Source: an uncultured bacterium
GTDB lineage: Bacteria > Margulisbacteria > WOR-1 > CAVSGV01
NCBI GenBank assembly: GCA_963699255.1
Contig: OY969425.1
Location: forward strand, 540,001-572,000
Length of the DNA stretch: 32,000 nt
Direction of reading: 5' to 3'
Below the pieces are notes generated by a model. The model ran no database searches. It was given only the letters and a program-made list of their open reading frames with translations, and was not told the origin of the DNA. The position numbers and the translations under genes are program-made. This document shows positions 9,537-18,815 of this stretch, one piece after another (within the stretch, counting starts at the first letter, position 1; every line of letters begins with the position of its first letter).

Positions 9537-9860
9537 TCAAAATAACATGCTTATTGCTATGACCATTAAATATACAGCGAACGCTCTCCTTAATATAATA
9601 TCCGGAATCGGCTGAACGATCGACGCGCCTATGAACCCGCCGAACAAAAAACCGATCGCCGTGTATAATGCCACATCTATCACTATGTTTCCATTATAAT
9701 AATACTTCAGCGCGGCAAGAAGCCCAACCGGCAGAAGCATAGCTGCAAGCGCCGTTCCCTGCGCCTGATGCTGGCTGAAACTCAGCAAAAAAACGAGAGC
9801 GGGTATGATTATCGTCGCTCCCCCTATGCCGAACGCTCCGGAAAAAGTTCCCGCGATCAA
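9537..9860 (-). CDS. TauE/SafE-family (DUF81) half-size membrane permease, about 107-117 aa; the real start is probably upstream, near 9890
   Basis: GTFSGAFGIGGATIIIPALVFLL...GTALAAMLLPVGLLAALKYYYNGN...GGFIGASIVQ...LRRAFAVYLMVIAISMLF. In-frame upstream residues INVILSLVTGL extend to the TAA at 9891. Confidence 0.75.
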   Translation of the reverse strand: MIAGTFSGAFGIGGATIIIPALVFLLSFSQHQAQGTALAAMLLPVGLLAALKYYYNGNIVIDVALYTAIGFLFGGFIGASIVQPIPDIILRRAFAVYLMVIAISMLF

Positions 9861-9890
9861 ACCCGTAACAAGAGAAAGAATGACGTTGAT

Positions 9891-10574
9891 TTAACTCCCC
9901 CGCCCTTTCAAAATTGCTTCCGCTATCGCCACGTCTTCCGTAGTTGTAATTTTAATGTTCTCGTATGACCCCATGACCATTTTAACAGGAATTCCCATCC
10001 TCTCAACAAGCTTTGAATCATCCGTCGCCCTGTATTTGATCCTCTGGGCTCTTTCATAAGCTTCCTTTATAATGGACGCCCGGAAAGCCTGGGGCGTCTG
10101 GACCTGCCAGATCGAAGCCCTGTCAAGCGTTTCGAGTATGACATTCTCAGAAGATACCGTTTTTACCGTGTCTTTGACCGGCACTCCAACGACCGCGGCC
10201 TTTGAAGCCTTTGCTTCCATGACGGCCTTTGCGATGATCTCCTTGGTCACAAGCGGCCTTGCCGCGTCGTGGACCACCACGATATCATCATCTGAATCCT
10301 GTATGACCTCCCTGAGCCCGTTATAGACCGAATCCTGGCGCTCTACCCCGCCCTCAACAACGCTCCTGACCTTTTTAAAATCTTTTAACAGCCTTTTTGT
10401 AAGCTCAACGTCTCCCCTGGCAACAACAACGATAACATCATCGATCGACTGGCATTTATCAAAAGCGGAAACGGTGACGGATAGGACAGGCTGCCCGTTG
10501 ATCTCCATGAACTGCTTTTTAACGTTTATTCTTTTCCCGGAGCCGGCCGCGGGAATGATCGCCGTAACTTTCAC
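9891..10574 (-). CDS. ispD: 2-C-methyl-D-erythritol 4-phosphate cytidylyltransferase
   Basis: 227 aa. VTAIIPAAGSGKRINVKKQFMEINGQPVL, VVVHDAARPLVTKEII, GVPVKDTVK, IWQVQTPQAFR, TTTEDVAIAEAIL. Confidence 0.96.
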   Translation of the reverse strand: MKVTAIIPAAGSGKRINVKKQFMEINGQPVLSVTVSAFDKCQSIDDVIVVVARGDVELTKRLLKDFKKVRSVVEGGVERQDSVYNGLREVIQDSDDDIVVVHDAARPLVTKEIIAKAVMEAKASKAAVVGVPVKDTVKTVSSENVILETLDRASIWQVQTPQAFRASIIKEAYERAQRIKYRATDDSKLVERMGIPVKMVMGSYENIKITTTEDVAIAEAILKGRGS

Positions 10575-11596
10575 AGGACCTCTAGCTTCTTTGTGGACCT
10601 TGTCAGCACTTCACAGCCGCCTTTTTTGACCAGGACCATGTCTTCCACCCTGAAACCCCCGACACGCGGCAGATATACGCCGGGCTCGATAGTTATGACC
10701 ATCCCTTCCCTGAGAACATCCCTGCTTGACGAAGAAACACGCGGACCTTCATGGACCTGCAATCCTACTCCATGACCGGTAGCGTGAGTGAAGTACTTTT
10801 CCAGCTTTTCTTTTCCAAGCGCTTCCCTCGCCGCTTTATCGATCTCAGCCGCCGCAACGCCGTCCTTAACTTTTGAAACGGCCGCCGCTGAAGCGGACAA
10901 CACCGCGCTGTATATTTTCAATGTTCTCTTTGATGGGGCTCCGAGAGAGACCATCCTTGTGATGTCGCTGTTATAGCCCTTGTACCTCGCCCCAAAGTCC
11001 ATTATAACAAGCTCCCCTGCTTTGATCTTTTTATCCGTCGGCTTGCCGTGCGGGTTCGCCGACAACCTGCCGGATGAAACAAGCGTTTCAAAGGCCGGCG
11101 CATCACCCTTGAATGTTTTTATCAGGTAATCTATATGCGCCGAGATCTCCAGCTCCGTCATTCCCGGCTTAATTATCCGGATAATACAATCATAGGTCAG
11201 GTCCGCGATAAGCGCAGCTTTTTTTATCGCGTCGATCTCGCCGGCGCGCTTTATGCACCTTTGATCCCTTAACTGGCCGCTTATGGAATGAAATTTCGCC
11301 CGTGGAAATCCATCTTTCAGCTTGTTGAACGATGCCACATCCAGCTTATCGTCCTCAAATCCGATGTCCGATATCCTTTTCTTCTCCAGAATGCTTATGG
11401 CGGTTTTCATCAGCGTTGCAGAGAGAGGGGCTTCTACGACCCGAATGCCCTTGTAAACCTCCGATCTTGCCTGCAGAGTATATCTGCCGTCAACTATCAG
11501 CTGGCAAAGCTTATCCTGGGCAATAAGGATGCCCGCGCTGCCGGTAAATCCGGAAAGATAATGGATGTTCGGTTGGCTTGTAATGATCCTGATCAT
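10571..11596 (-). CDS. M24-family Xaa-Pro aminopeptidase/dipeptidase
   Basis: 341 aa. NIHYLSGFTGSAG, VSSGRLSANPHGKPTDKKIKAGELVIMDFGARYKGYNSDITR, HATGHGVGLQVHEGPRVS, GMVITIEPGVYLP, GFRVEDMVLV. Overlaps ispD and aroQ by 4 nt each. Confidence 0.93.
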   Translation of the reverse strand: MIRIITSQPNIHYLSGFTGSAGILIAQDKLCQLIVDGRYTLQARSEVYKGIRVVEAPLSATLMKTAISILEKKRISDIGFEDDKLDVASFNKLKDGFPRAKFHSISGQLRDQRCIKRAGEIDAIKKAALIADLTYDCIIRIIKPGMTELEISAHIDYLIKTFKGDAPAFETLVSSGRLSANPHGKPTDKKIKAGELVIMDFGARYKGYNSDITRMVSLGAPSKRTLKIYSAVLSASAAAVSKVKDGVAAAEIDKAAREALGKEKLEKYFTHATGHGVGLQVHEGPRVSSSSRDVLREGMVITIEPGVYLPRVGGFRVEDMVLVKKGGCEVLTRSTKKLEVL

Positions 11597-12030
11597 TTAA
11601 TAAGGTCGATGGCGGCTCTCAGCCCCAGAATATAGCTGTTCATGCCGAAGCCCGAGATCTGCCCCGCAGCCACGGGAGCAATGACCGATCTTTGCCTGAA
11701 CTCTTCCCTTGAATATATATTTGACATGTGGACCTCCACCGTAGGTATTTTAACGGAAGATATGGCATCCCTTATCGCCACTGAATAATGAGTGTATCCG
11801 CCGGGATTGATCACGATGGCCTTATACGTTTTCTTGGCTTTCTGTATCAGGTCGACGATCTCGCCTTCTATGTTCGTCTGAGCGGTATCGACGACCATGC
11901 CTTCCTGCGCCCCGAGTTTTTTCAATTGAGCGTTGATCTTATGGAGAGTGACCTTACCGTAGACATTTGGCTCCCTCTGTCCGAGGAGATTCAAGTTCGG
12001 ACCATGGATGACAAGTATTTTCTTTGCCAT
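11593..12030 (-). CDS. aroQ: 3-dehydroquinate dehydratase, type II
   Basis: 145 aa. ILVIHGPNLNLLGQREPNVYG, TNIEGEIVD, VINPGGYTHYSVAIRDAI, EVHMSNIYSREEFRQRSVIAPVAAGQISGFG. Confidence 0.97.
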   Translation of the reverse strand: MAKKILVIHGPNLNLLGQREPNVYGKVTLHKINAQLKKLGAQEGMVVDTAQTNIEGEIVDLIQKAKKTYKAIVINPGGYTHYSVAIRDAISSVKIPTVEVHMSNIYSREEFRQRSVIAPVAAGQISGFGMNSYILGLRAAIDLIK

Positions 12031-12054
12031 AACTATTTTATTATATCACAGAAA

Positions 12055-12110
12055 TCCCCCGCTCGCTTCACTCGCGCCCCCTTTATTAAAGGGGGTTGGG
12101 GGGATTAATC
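12055..12110. repeat. Diverged member of the same structured repeat family as 9462..9531 and 13224..13293
   Basis: tcccccgctcgcttcactcgcgccccctttattaaagggggttggggggattaatc: same order of elements (CTCGCTT..CTCG, CCCCCTT/AAGGGGG palindrome, GGGGG run). Confidence 0.5.
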
Positions 12111-13316
12111 CAGCACTACCAGTTTTCCGCTTCCGATGACACTGTCACCCGATATTATCTTGTAAATATACATCCCGTTACCGGCGACCTGGCCGCCGAG
12201 CGACCTGCCGTTCCAGTTCACCTGGTTAGTTCCGCCTCTGGCCCCGTTCGTGCCGGAGCCGAACCTCATCCTCTTTGCTTCATGTCCGGTTATGTCGTAT
12301 ATGACTATCGTAACGGCCGCGTCCTTGGACAGCGTGTACTGGATCGTCGTGGCAACGCCTGACATCGGACTGAATGGATTGGGATAATTGTATGTCCCTC
12401 CTACGACCTGCACAGACCCTCCTAACACCCTGGCTTCCATCGTGTCTTCACAGGCATTCGCGCTGATATCCTCCATGTGAAAAGTGAATAGATGTCTCTG
12501 CTGGGAGCCCGGTTGTATGGTGAAGTTGCCATACCATGTCCCGTAAAGAGAGTTCCCTGAAACAAGGCTCAACGGCGGATAGACCGGAATATTGTCAACC
12601 CTCAATAAAACTGAAGCGACACCCGCTCCGACTTCGCTTGATATGATAGCTTCCATGCTCACGTGGGATGATATTATGTCCCCGGACCTGACCCTGACGC
12701 CGTTCACCCATACAGCCACTACTTTCATAATGTCAGAAAAGGCTTCCGGCGTAAAAATAGTTGAAACCTGAAATGAAGGGACCGACCATTCTATCGGCAT
12801 GGGAGGATCGCCGGCCTCGATCGTGTCAGAAAGCTGAGAGTCGCCGTAATGGTCGGACATTACCAGAGAAGGGCCGTTCCATGCCCTTACGTAGAGCCTG
12901 CATTGCTCAGCAAGGGATTGGTCGCCCGCGAAATCCCTGATAAAAGCGCCGTTGCTCAGTCCGCCCTGCCCTACAGGCCCCGCCCAGAGGATAGTATCGC
13001 CGCCTGAGGGTCCGCCATATTTACTTGGAACATGGATAGTCTCTTCTGAAGCGCAAATGATCTGGATAACTTCGCCCGTAGGCAATGCATTGCCGTCCAG
13101 CCCTTGAACGGCCTGATTTGTCCCGTCCATCTGAACGGTGACCGTGACAGCCGACGCAGGAAGGTTGAATCCAAATGACAAAACCCCGATGACAAATAAA
13201 ACCCAAACGACAAATGACAAACCCCTTCCGTCTCTCGCTTGCGCTCGAGACATCTCCCCCTTACTAAGGGGGAGATACAGAGGGGGTTTTGTCGTTTTAT
13301 ATTTAAAATTTGTCAT
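12105..13316 (-). CDS. Secreted type A N-terminal domain protein with C-terminal FlgD-/T9SS-like sorting or cap domain, 403 aa
   Basis: Hydrophobic leader LSFVVWVLFVIGVLSFGFNLPASA, then the type A domain (VTVTVQMDGTNQAVQG...PTGEVIQIICASEETIHVPSKYGGPSGGDTILWAGPVGQGGL...RLYVRAWNGPS...YGDSQLSDTIEAGDPPMPIEWSVPSF). C-terminus IQYTLSKDAAVTIVIYDITGHEAKRM...GGTNQVNWNGRSLGGQVAGNGMYIYKIISG...GSGKLVVLD is the FlgD Ig/T9SS-type pattern. Confidence 0.75.
   Translation of the reverse strand: MTNFKYKTTKPPLYLPLSKGEMSRAQARDGRGLSFVVWVLFVIGVLSFGFNLPASAVTVTVQMDGTNQAVQGLDGNALPTGEVIQIICASEETIHVPSKYGGPSGGDTILWAGPVGQGGLSNGAFIRDFAGDQSLAEQCRLYVRAWNGPSLVMSDHYGDSQLSDTIEAGDPPMPIEWSVPSFQVSTIFTPEAFSDIMKVVAVWVNGVRVRSGDIISSHVSMEAIISSEVGAGVASVLLRVDNIPVYPPLSLVSGNSLYGTWYGNFTIQPGSQQRHLFTFHMEDISANACEDTMEARVLGGSVQVVGGTYNYPNPFSPMSGVATTIQYTLSKDAAVTIVIYDITGHEAKRMRFGSGTNGARGGTNQVNWNGRSLGGQVAGNGMYIYKIISGDSVIGSGKLVVLD
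13224..13293. repeat. 70-bp structured dispersed repeat, copy 2; lies inside the annotated N-terminal coding region of the 12105..13316 ORF
   Basis: ccttccgtctctcgcttgcgctcgagacatctcccccttactaagggggagatacagagggggttttgtc. Confidence 0.85.
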
Positions 13317-13322
13317 TACCGA

Positions 13323-15794
13323 TTAAGGTTTGGGTCTTGTCCCCCATGAGAAAGGACTTGCCGATTTCCTCTTGTAGAAATATCCCCTGTCAGCGCTCAT
13401 TTGCCATGTGGGAGCAATCCCCGTACTTACATCTATCCAGCTGCCCGACAGAGAAAGGTAGGCTTTGTTGTAGTTGGTGGTCCCCGGTATCAGCTGGTAG
13501 ACCACGTCCGCGCTGAGCAGATCTCCCGATTGAGCCCCGGATTCCAAGAGATTCGAATTGTTCAATAATATAGAAGCTGCCTGTCCGGAGGCTATTAGAT
13601 TCCAGCCGGGAATGATCTGGGTCGATCCGACAAAACCTCCCCCTCCTCCTCCGATCCCGCCCCCGGGCACACTGCCGGTGGAATCATAATTATTGGAATA
13701 TACAATTGACTGGGAATAAGCCCATGCCCGATAATAATATTGCTGTCCTTTAGTAAGGCCTGTATCCGAAAAGCTCTCGGTGCTGTCAATCATGGCGCTT
13801 TGAATATAAATCGGCACTTCATCGACATTAACCGGGACACCCAATGTAGGAAGAGTGCCGGATGCAAAGGGGCATGTCGCTGACGTAAATTCGCTCGTTC
13901 CCGGTTTTCTTAGGATTATCACTCCGCCCAGATTCGAACTCGAGGGATCAAACCAGTTAAGCCTGAGACTGGTATCCGTCGCCGGCATCGCATATAAAAA
14001 GCTGACCGGATCCGGCGGCGAGGTATCATAGCTTGCCTGTGCGCCTGAAGAATATCGCCTTAAGGTTTTATCGGTCCCCGTATTATTGTGAGTAAAGATC
14101 GTGACATAATAACCAAGCAATGGATCAGGGAAAACACTGGTATCAAAAGTGTAAGTCTGATTAGTAGCTCCAGGCGTCAATCCTCTCTCTTCATAGATGG
14201 CACCTCCAACTCCGGTATCTCCGGGAGTTGTGGGATAGCTGCCTAATTTTGCCACGATTATAACTCCATCAAACCATGAGTCCGAGGGGTTAGTCCAATT
14301 GACTTTTACGCCGGCCGAAGTATTTGATCCGAATACATTTGATGCATTGTGAGGAGGGATCCCGGCATCAGCAATGATCGGCGATGCAGCCGCATAGTTC
14401 CTGCCCTGTTCGTTGGGGTAGCCGTCATAAGCGCAGCGGTCATAATTATATACATTGAAAAAATATTCTGATCCGGGTGTGAGGCTGCTCACCACCGTAC
14501 TCCCTATATCACCTGTCGCGACAACAGTTGCGGTATTTACCGTGCCGCCAACACCATAATTATTGCCATTTGAATCCCCTGCTGCGCCCACAGGCGTTAT
14601 CCCTGTCCAGGTGCTTGAGGGGTTCTGCAGGACCATACATCCCGCATAATCCGAGGCGCTCCCTTTATTCCAGTATAGAGTTACCTTGTCATTCTCCGGC
14701 ACATACCCTGTAAAACCGGTTATCGTATCCCAACTGCTGCCATTATAGTGGAACATTCTAGGCTGATTCCCATTAACCGAAATATCGGATACATTTTTAG
14801 CCGAAAAAGATGGAGAAGCGCAAGGCGTGTAATCGTGGGATTTTACCGCAGAGCTCCAGGGAGTAGAAGTTTCATTATGGTCAAGAGTATTATCCACCGC
14901 TTCAACCCTGTAGTAATAGCTCACGGGGTTTCCGGTGGTGTAATCAATAAGATCATCAGGAAATCCCCCCTGAATGCCCGTGCTTAGGCCGTTCGGGTAA
15001 CTTCCTCCGCTGATGGAAAAATCACCGCCCGCAATTAGCGTGCCTGTGCCTGAACCTGTCGTGCTCCTGTATACTTTATACCTGACATTGTTTGAATTAT
15101 AACTGGTGGCAGTGATCCCAAAAGGAGTATAGTCAGTCACTCCTGCCGTTGTCCATGAAACGTTTATCTTATTTCCCGTTTGAGCATCGGTGACTCCTCC
15201 TACACCAGCAAAACCCACCGGCGAATGCGAGGCAGCAATGTTGATCGTTTGATCATTTATCGTGCCGATTCCCAGGCCATTATGGATCACATATACGCCC
15301 GGCCCGGTTGAAAGGCGGCAGGTGTCAGGCTCCCAGCTCAAAAGCGCGGTTCCCGTGGCAGTGGGAGTGATCCTGAAAGTCAGCTGATAAATATCGGTGG
15401 CAGATGAAACATCCCATCCGGTACCACTCGTGGCTACGCCCTTCGCATATTGAACTTTGCCTTCGGAAAAGGTGGCATTGATCGATGAAACATCAAACCA
15501 GCTTGAACTCATATAATCGCCTGATACTATGGGTCGCGTATTTGTTACGTATACAAACTTGTTGAGCTCATAATCCACCCAAGCATCGATCCCCACAATG
15601 TGACGGGCACTGCTTGGAGTATATCGAATATTGATAGGCCTGTCGCTGTTTTGCTCCCAATTGTGCGAAGAGTCCGCCTCATAGAAGCCTATACTATCCG
15701 CCAAAGCGGCAGAGGCCAGCATTACAACGATCAATGGGACCAAAAGCCCAACCTCCTTAAAAAAACTTTTCATATTAAAACCCCCTTCTTTCAT
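13323..15794 (-). CDS. Secreted type B protein: cohesin-like N-terminal domain, Fn3-like modules, conserved C-terminal domain; 823 aa (start may be the internal Met at 15773)
   Basis: Signal peptide MKSFFKEVGLLVPLIVVMLASAALA; FVYVTNTRPIV...FSEGKVQYAKGVATSG...DIYQLTFRITPTATGTALLSWEPDTCRL (cohesin-like topology); repeated NxVxWTxPxxxDFxGVxIxRxxG modules; tail GWNLIASGQ...GYFYKRKSASPFSWGTRPKP. AAGAAGGGGG upstream of the second ATG. Confidence 0.75.
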   Translation of the reverse strand: MKEGGFNMKSFFKEVGLLVPLIVVMLASAALADSIGFYEADSSHNWEQNSDRPINIRYTPSSARHIVGIDAWVDYELNKFVYVTNTRPIVSGDYMSSSWFDVSSINATFSEGKVQYAKGVATSGTGWDVSSATDIYQLTFRITPTATGTALLSWEPDTCRLSTGPGVYVIHNGLGIGTINDQTINIAASHSPVGFAGVGGVTDAQTGNKINVSWTTAGVTDYTPFGITATSYNSNNVRYKVYRSTTGSGTGTLIAGGDFSISGGSYPNGLSTGIQGGFPDDLIDYTTGNPVSYYYRVEAVDNTLDHNETSTPWSSAVKSHDYTPCASPSFSAKNVSDISVNGNQPRMFHYNGSSWDTITGFTGYVPENDKVTLYWNKGSASDYAGCMVLQNPSSTWTGITPVGAAGDSNGNNYGVGGTVNTATVVATGDIGSTVVSSLTPGSEYFFNVYNYDRCAYDGYPNEQGRNYAAASPIIADAGIPPHNASNVFGSNTSAGVKVNWTNPSDSWFDGVIIVAKLGSYPTTPGDTGVGGAIYEERGLTPGATNQTYTFDTSVFPDPLLGYYVTIFTHNNTGTDKTLRRYSSGAQASYDTSPPDPVSFLYAMPATDTSLRLNWFDPSSSNLGGVIILRKPGTSEFTSATCPFASGTLPTLGVPVNVDEVPIYIQSAMIDSTESFSDTGLTKGQQYYYRAWAYSQSIVYSNNYDSTGSVPGGGIGGGGGGFVGSTQIIPGWNLIASGQAASILLNNSNLLESGAQSGDLLSADVVYQLIPGTTNYNKAYLSLSGSWIDVSTGIAPTWQMSADRGYFYKRKSASPFSWGTRPKP

Positions 15795-15802
15795 TTGAAC
15801 AA

Positions 15803-16024
15803 TTATCTGGGCACAAAACTCTTAGCTCCAGCCTGCCAATTTACCCTCCAGTATGGGAGGTCCCCGCTGGCAGTGATAGATCCATCCCCATCAAGATCTG
15901 AATTGGGGTCAAATCCCGTCTCACCTTGCTTTATTCCTGACTGCCAGGCAGTCTGCCAGAAGGGCAGATCTCCTGAAGATGTAACCTGTCCATCCGCATC
16001 TATATCCCCTGCCCGCAAGCTCAT
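15803..16024 (-). other. Dockerin-like duplicated calcium-loop region at the C-terminus
   Basis: MSLRAGDIDADGQVTSSGDLPFWQTAWQSGIKQGETGFDPNSDLDGDGSITASGDLPYWRVNWQAGAKSFVPR: two copies of DxDxDGxxTxSGDLPxW. Confidence 0.7.
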
Positions 16025-18785
16025 AGTACTGTTGGCTTCTGTAGTCATGGCATCCGGGAAAGGAGCAACCGAATAGGCCGTATAATAGTTGCCTGCTGAA
16101 GGTTCCGAAATGTTCACGGAAGCTGTCCCTCCGCCAAAAGGAACTTTATCATTTGTTATGATCGCAAGATGGTTGGGGCCGATAGTGTTTCCGGCTTTAT
16201 GCTTGATCACCAGATAAAAATCACCCGCCGCATAGATATCCACCGTACCTACTCCGGTAGTATCCAAGCTGATATATTCCGAAGTCACCATATTTCCAGG
16301 GAAAGCGGTTCCGGGATCACTGCCGTTTCGCAGCTCAACTTCTATCGTAGCCGGAACCTGAAGACCGGTGCTTGGATTATAATATCCCTGCAGGTAGGCC
16401 TTTAATGTAAGGGTCGTAGCCGGCGGATTCTCGGTAGTGGTAGTGAATGTCCAAGTATAAGGGCCGGCCAATGGATTTCCGGATATGTTCCGCACTCCGG
16501 TATCGACAGTGCAGGTTATAGTTTCACTGGTAACGAATATTCCGGTCTGGTTAAAGGTAACGGTCCTTGTACTGTCATTATAAGAAGGTTTGGTCGCATG
16601 GACACCGGTTTTATCGCCGGTCACCATAAAGTTTTCGGCTGTTACGGTGCTTCCTAATAAAGAATTATTAAAGGCAGCGGTTATATTCGGGAATAAAAAT
16701 ACTCCCGTGGCATTGCTCTCCGGAGTGGTAGAGGTCACCGCAAGGGCGCCCGTGCTGATATTGACCTCCCGGCTGGAAGAAGAACTGACATTGCCGGCAT
16801 TATCCACGGCATGTACCTCCCAGGTATGAAGACCATCACTTAAGGAGGTTTCCGGTGTTGCCGAGATACTCGAGAGATGATACATCTATATTTTTGACAC
16901 TATCGATCCACAACTCATATTTTGCCAGTCCGGAACCAAAATCCGAAGACGCTTCCCAGGAAAAAGTGGGGGTTTGAATACTTAACCATGATCCTGATTC
17001 CGGGCTTATTAGATAAACACTTGCCGGCGGCGTCATATCCACTCCAAAGTCCATCGCGGACTCATCGTTATCGCCAAAACTGACCCAGTCACCTGTATTA
17101 TCGGCAGAATCCATTACCCTGGCCTGCCAGTGATACGCTCCTTCACCCATGTTCTCAAGAGTTATTAAGCCCGTCACAGGTGTTCCGGAATATGGAACTC
17201 CTTCGCCCGTGGCTGTGACAGTGCCATTGAAATCCGTTCCTACCGGTTCTATTTCCACTTCAGGATATAACGTCGTCCCGCTTAGGGGTGAACTCATGCT
17301 CATACTGATCTCTACCGTAGACTCGGTCATCCATTCTCCGGTGGCGATCGCAGTTATACCGTCCGATCTGAATTGACCAAGCCCTGCGGGAAGGTTCGGA
17401 GCAACGATGCCGAAAGCTTCGGTAGTAAAGGAAGCGACACTGCTGTATTCGCTGGTACCGTTCACGTTCACCGCAGCGACCTTCCAGTAGTATTCCGTGG
17501 TCGCACTAAGACTGGTGAATGTCCAGGCCGCTTCATCCGTGGTAGCCACTGTATCCGCCGCAGAGTCCTGCGTACCGTAACTTATCACAAAATATCCCGT
17601 GTAGCTTCCCGTATCCCATGTGCCGTACGCGGAGTCGGTGGTTATGTTCGTTGTGACCAGGCCCTCCGGAGTCCCCGGCAGAGCATCGGAATCCGCAGAT
17701 GAAACGTATGTCGTTAAAATATTGTCGCCGTTATATGCATATATATAGTAGAAGTGCGCCTGGTCAGCTACCAGATTGGCATCCACCGTAGTGGCCGCCG
17801 TACCTGTATAGATAAGCGCCCCGCCCAATGCTTCGGGGGTACCCTCGTACACCTCGAATCCGGACTGAGCACCGCCCGATTCCCACGAAATGACACAATC
17901 ATAACCGGCGCCATTCACTCCCAAGACAGATGGATTGATCGGAGCATTAGCCAGGGTATATTTTGGTTCCGCCGTCGCATATCCGCTGTAGCCCGCTTCA
18001 TTATATGCCCTCACCCTGACCCAGTACGCTTCATTTGTGGATAATCCATAGATAGTATATAAATCGTCGCCGGCTTCAGCCGTTCCCGTAAATATGGTCA
18101 CCCATGGATCGGTCGCGGACACCTCGATACTGAACCCTTTCTCATTAATTGAATTGACCTGCCATGTAAAACTCTCGGATGTGTCGCTGAGAGCTTCCAG
18201 TGTGGCATCGCTTGGATCCGCAGGAACGGAAACGGTCACGAATTCCGAGGAAGCAAAAAATGTCGGGACCGACCAGCTCTGGGGCATTGGCGGCGCGCCC
18301 GCGTCAAGGCTGGCAGAAAGATGGGAGTCGCCGTAATAGGTGGATGATTCGATGCTGGGGCCGTTCCACGCTCTTATGTAGATATGGCTGTCATCGAGCA
18401 GGGATTGGCCGCCCACGAATTCCTTGATAAAAGCGCCGGGCCCCATGATATAAGGGGGATCGCCCAGTTCGCCCTGTCCCACAACTCCGGTCCAGATCAA
18501 GGAATCTCCGCCCGTTGCTTCTCCTGTCGTGCCGGGCGCATGGATGGCTTCATTTGACGCGTAAATGACCTGGATGACCTCTCCGGTAGGCATCTTTGCG
18601 CCGTCATGGTCATATATGATCTGGTTCGTCCCGTCCATCATGACGGTGACCGAAACAGCCTCCGCCTGCCGCGGGATGGCAAATGACCAGATACCAACGA
18701 CAAAACAGATCCCGATGATAAATTTCCAGACCGGAAATTTGATCCCGGATATCATTTTATTGCCTGATGATCTCAGATCAGCCAT
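15803..18785 (-). pseudogene. Type A secreted protein with C-terminal dockerin-like tail, split by a frame break near 16840-16890 into ORFs 16836..18785 and 15803..16885; paralog of 21267..24218
   Basis: YELWIDSVKNIDVSS in the upstream frame continues as ISATPETSLSDGLHTWEVHAVDNAGNVSSSS in the next frame, matching intact paralog YELWIDGVTNEVVPSTMTSAEPVAPLSSGVHTWEVNAVDLAGNVSSSS. Start ATG at 18785 with a CAGGAG RBS. Confidence 0.75.
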
Positions 18786-18815
18786 TATTAACTCCTGATA
18801 ATGACAATTATTATG

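Noticed and set aside
12105-13316. Assigning the protein to a true Bacteroidetes type IX secretion system
   Set aside because: The C-terminus resembles the FlgD/T9SS-type cap, but that fold occurs widely in non-Bacteroidetes secreted proteins, and no T9SS component is in the window.
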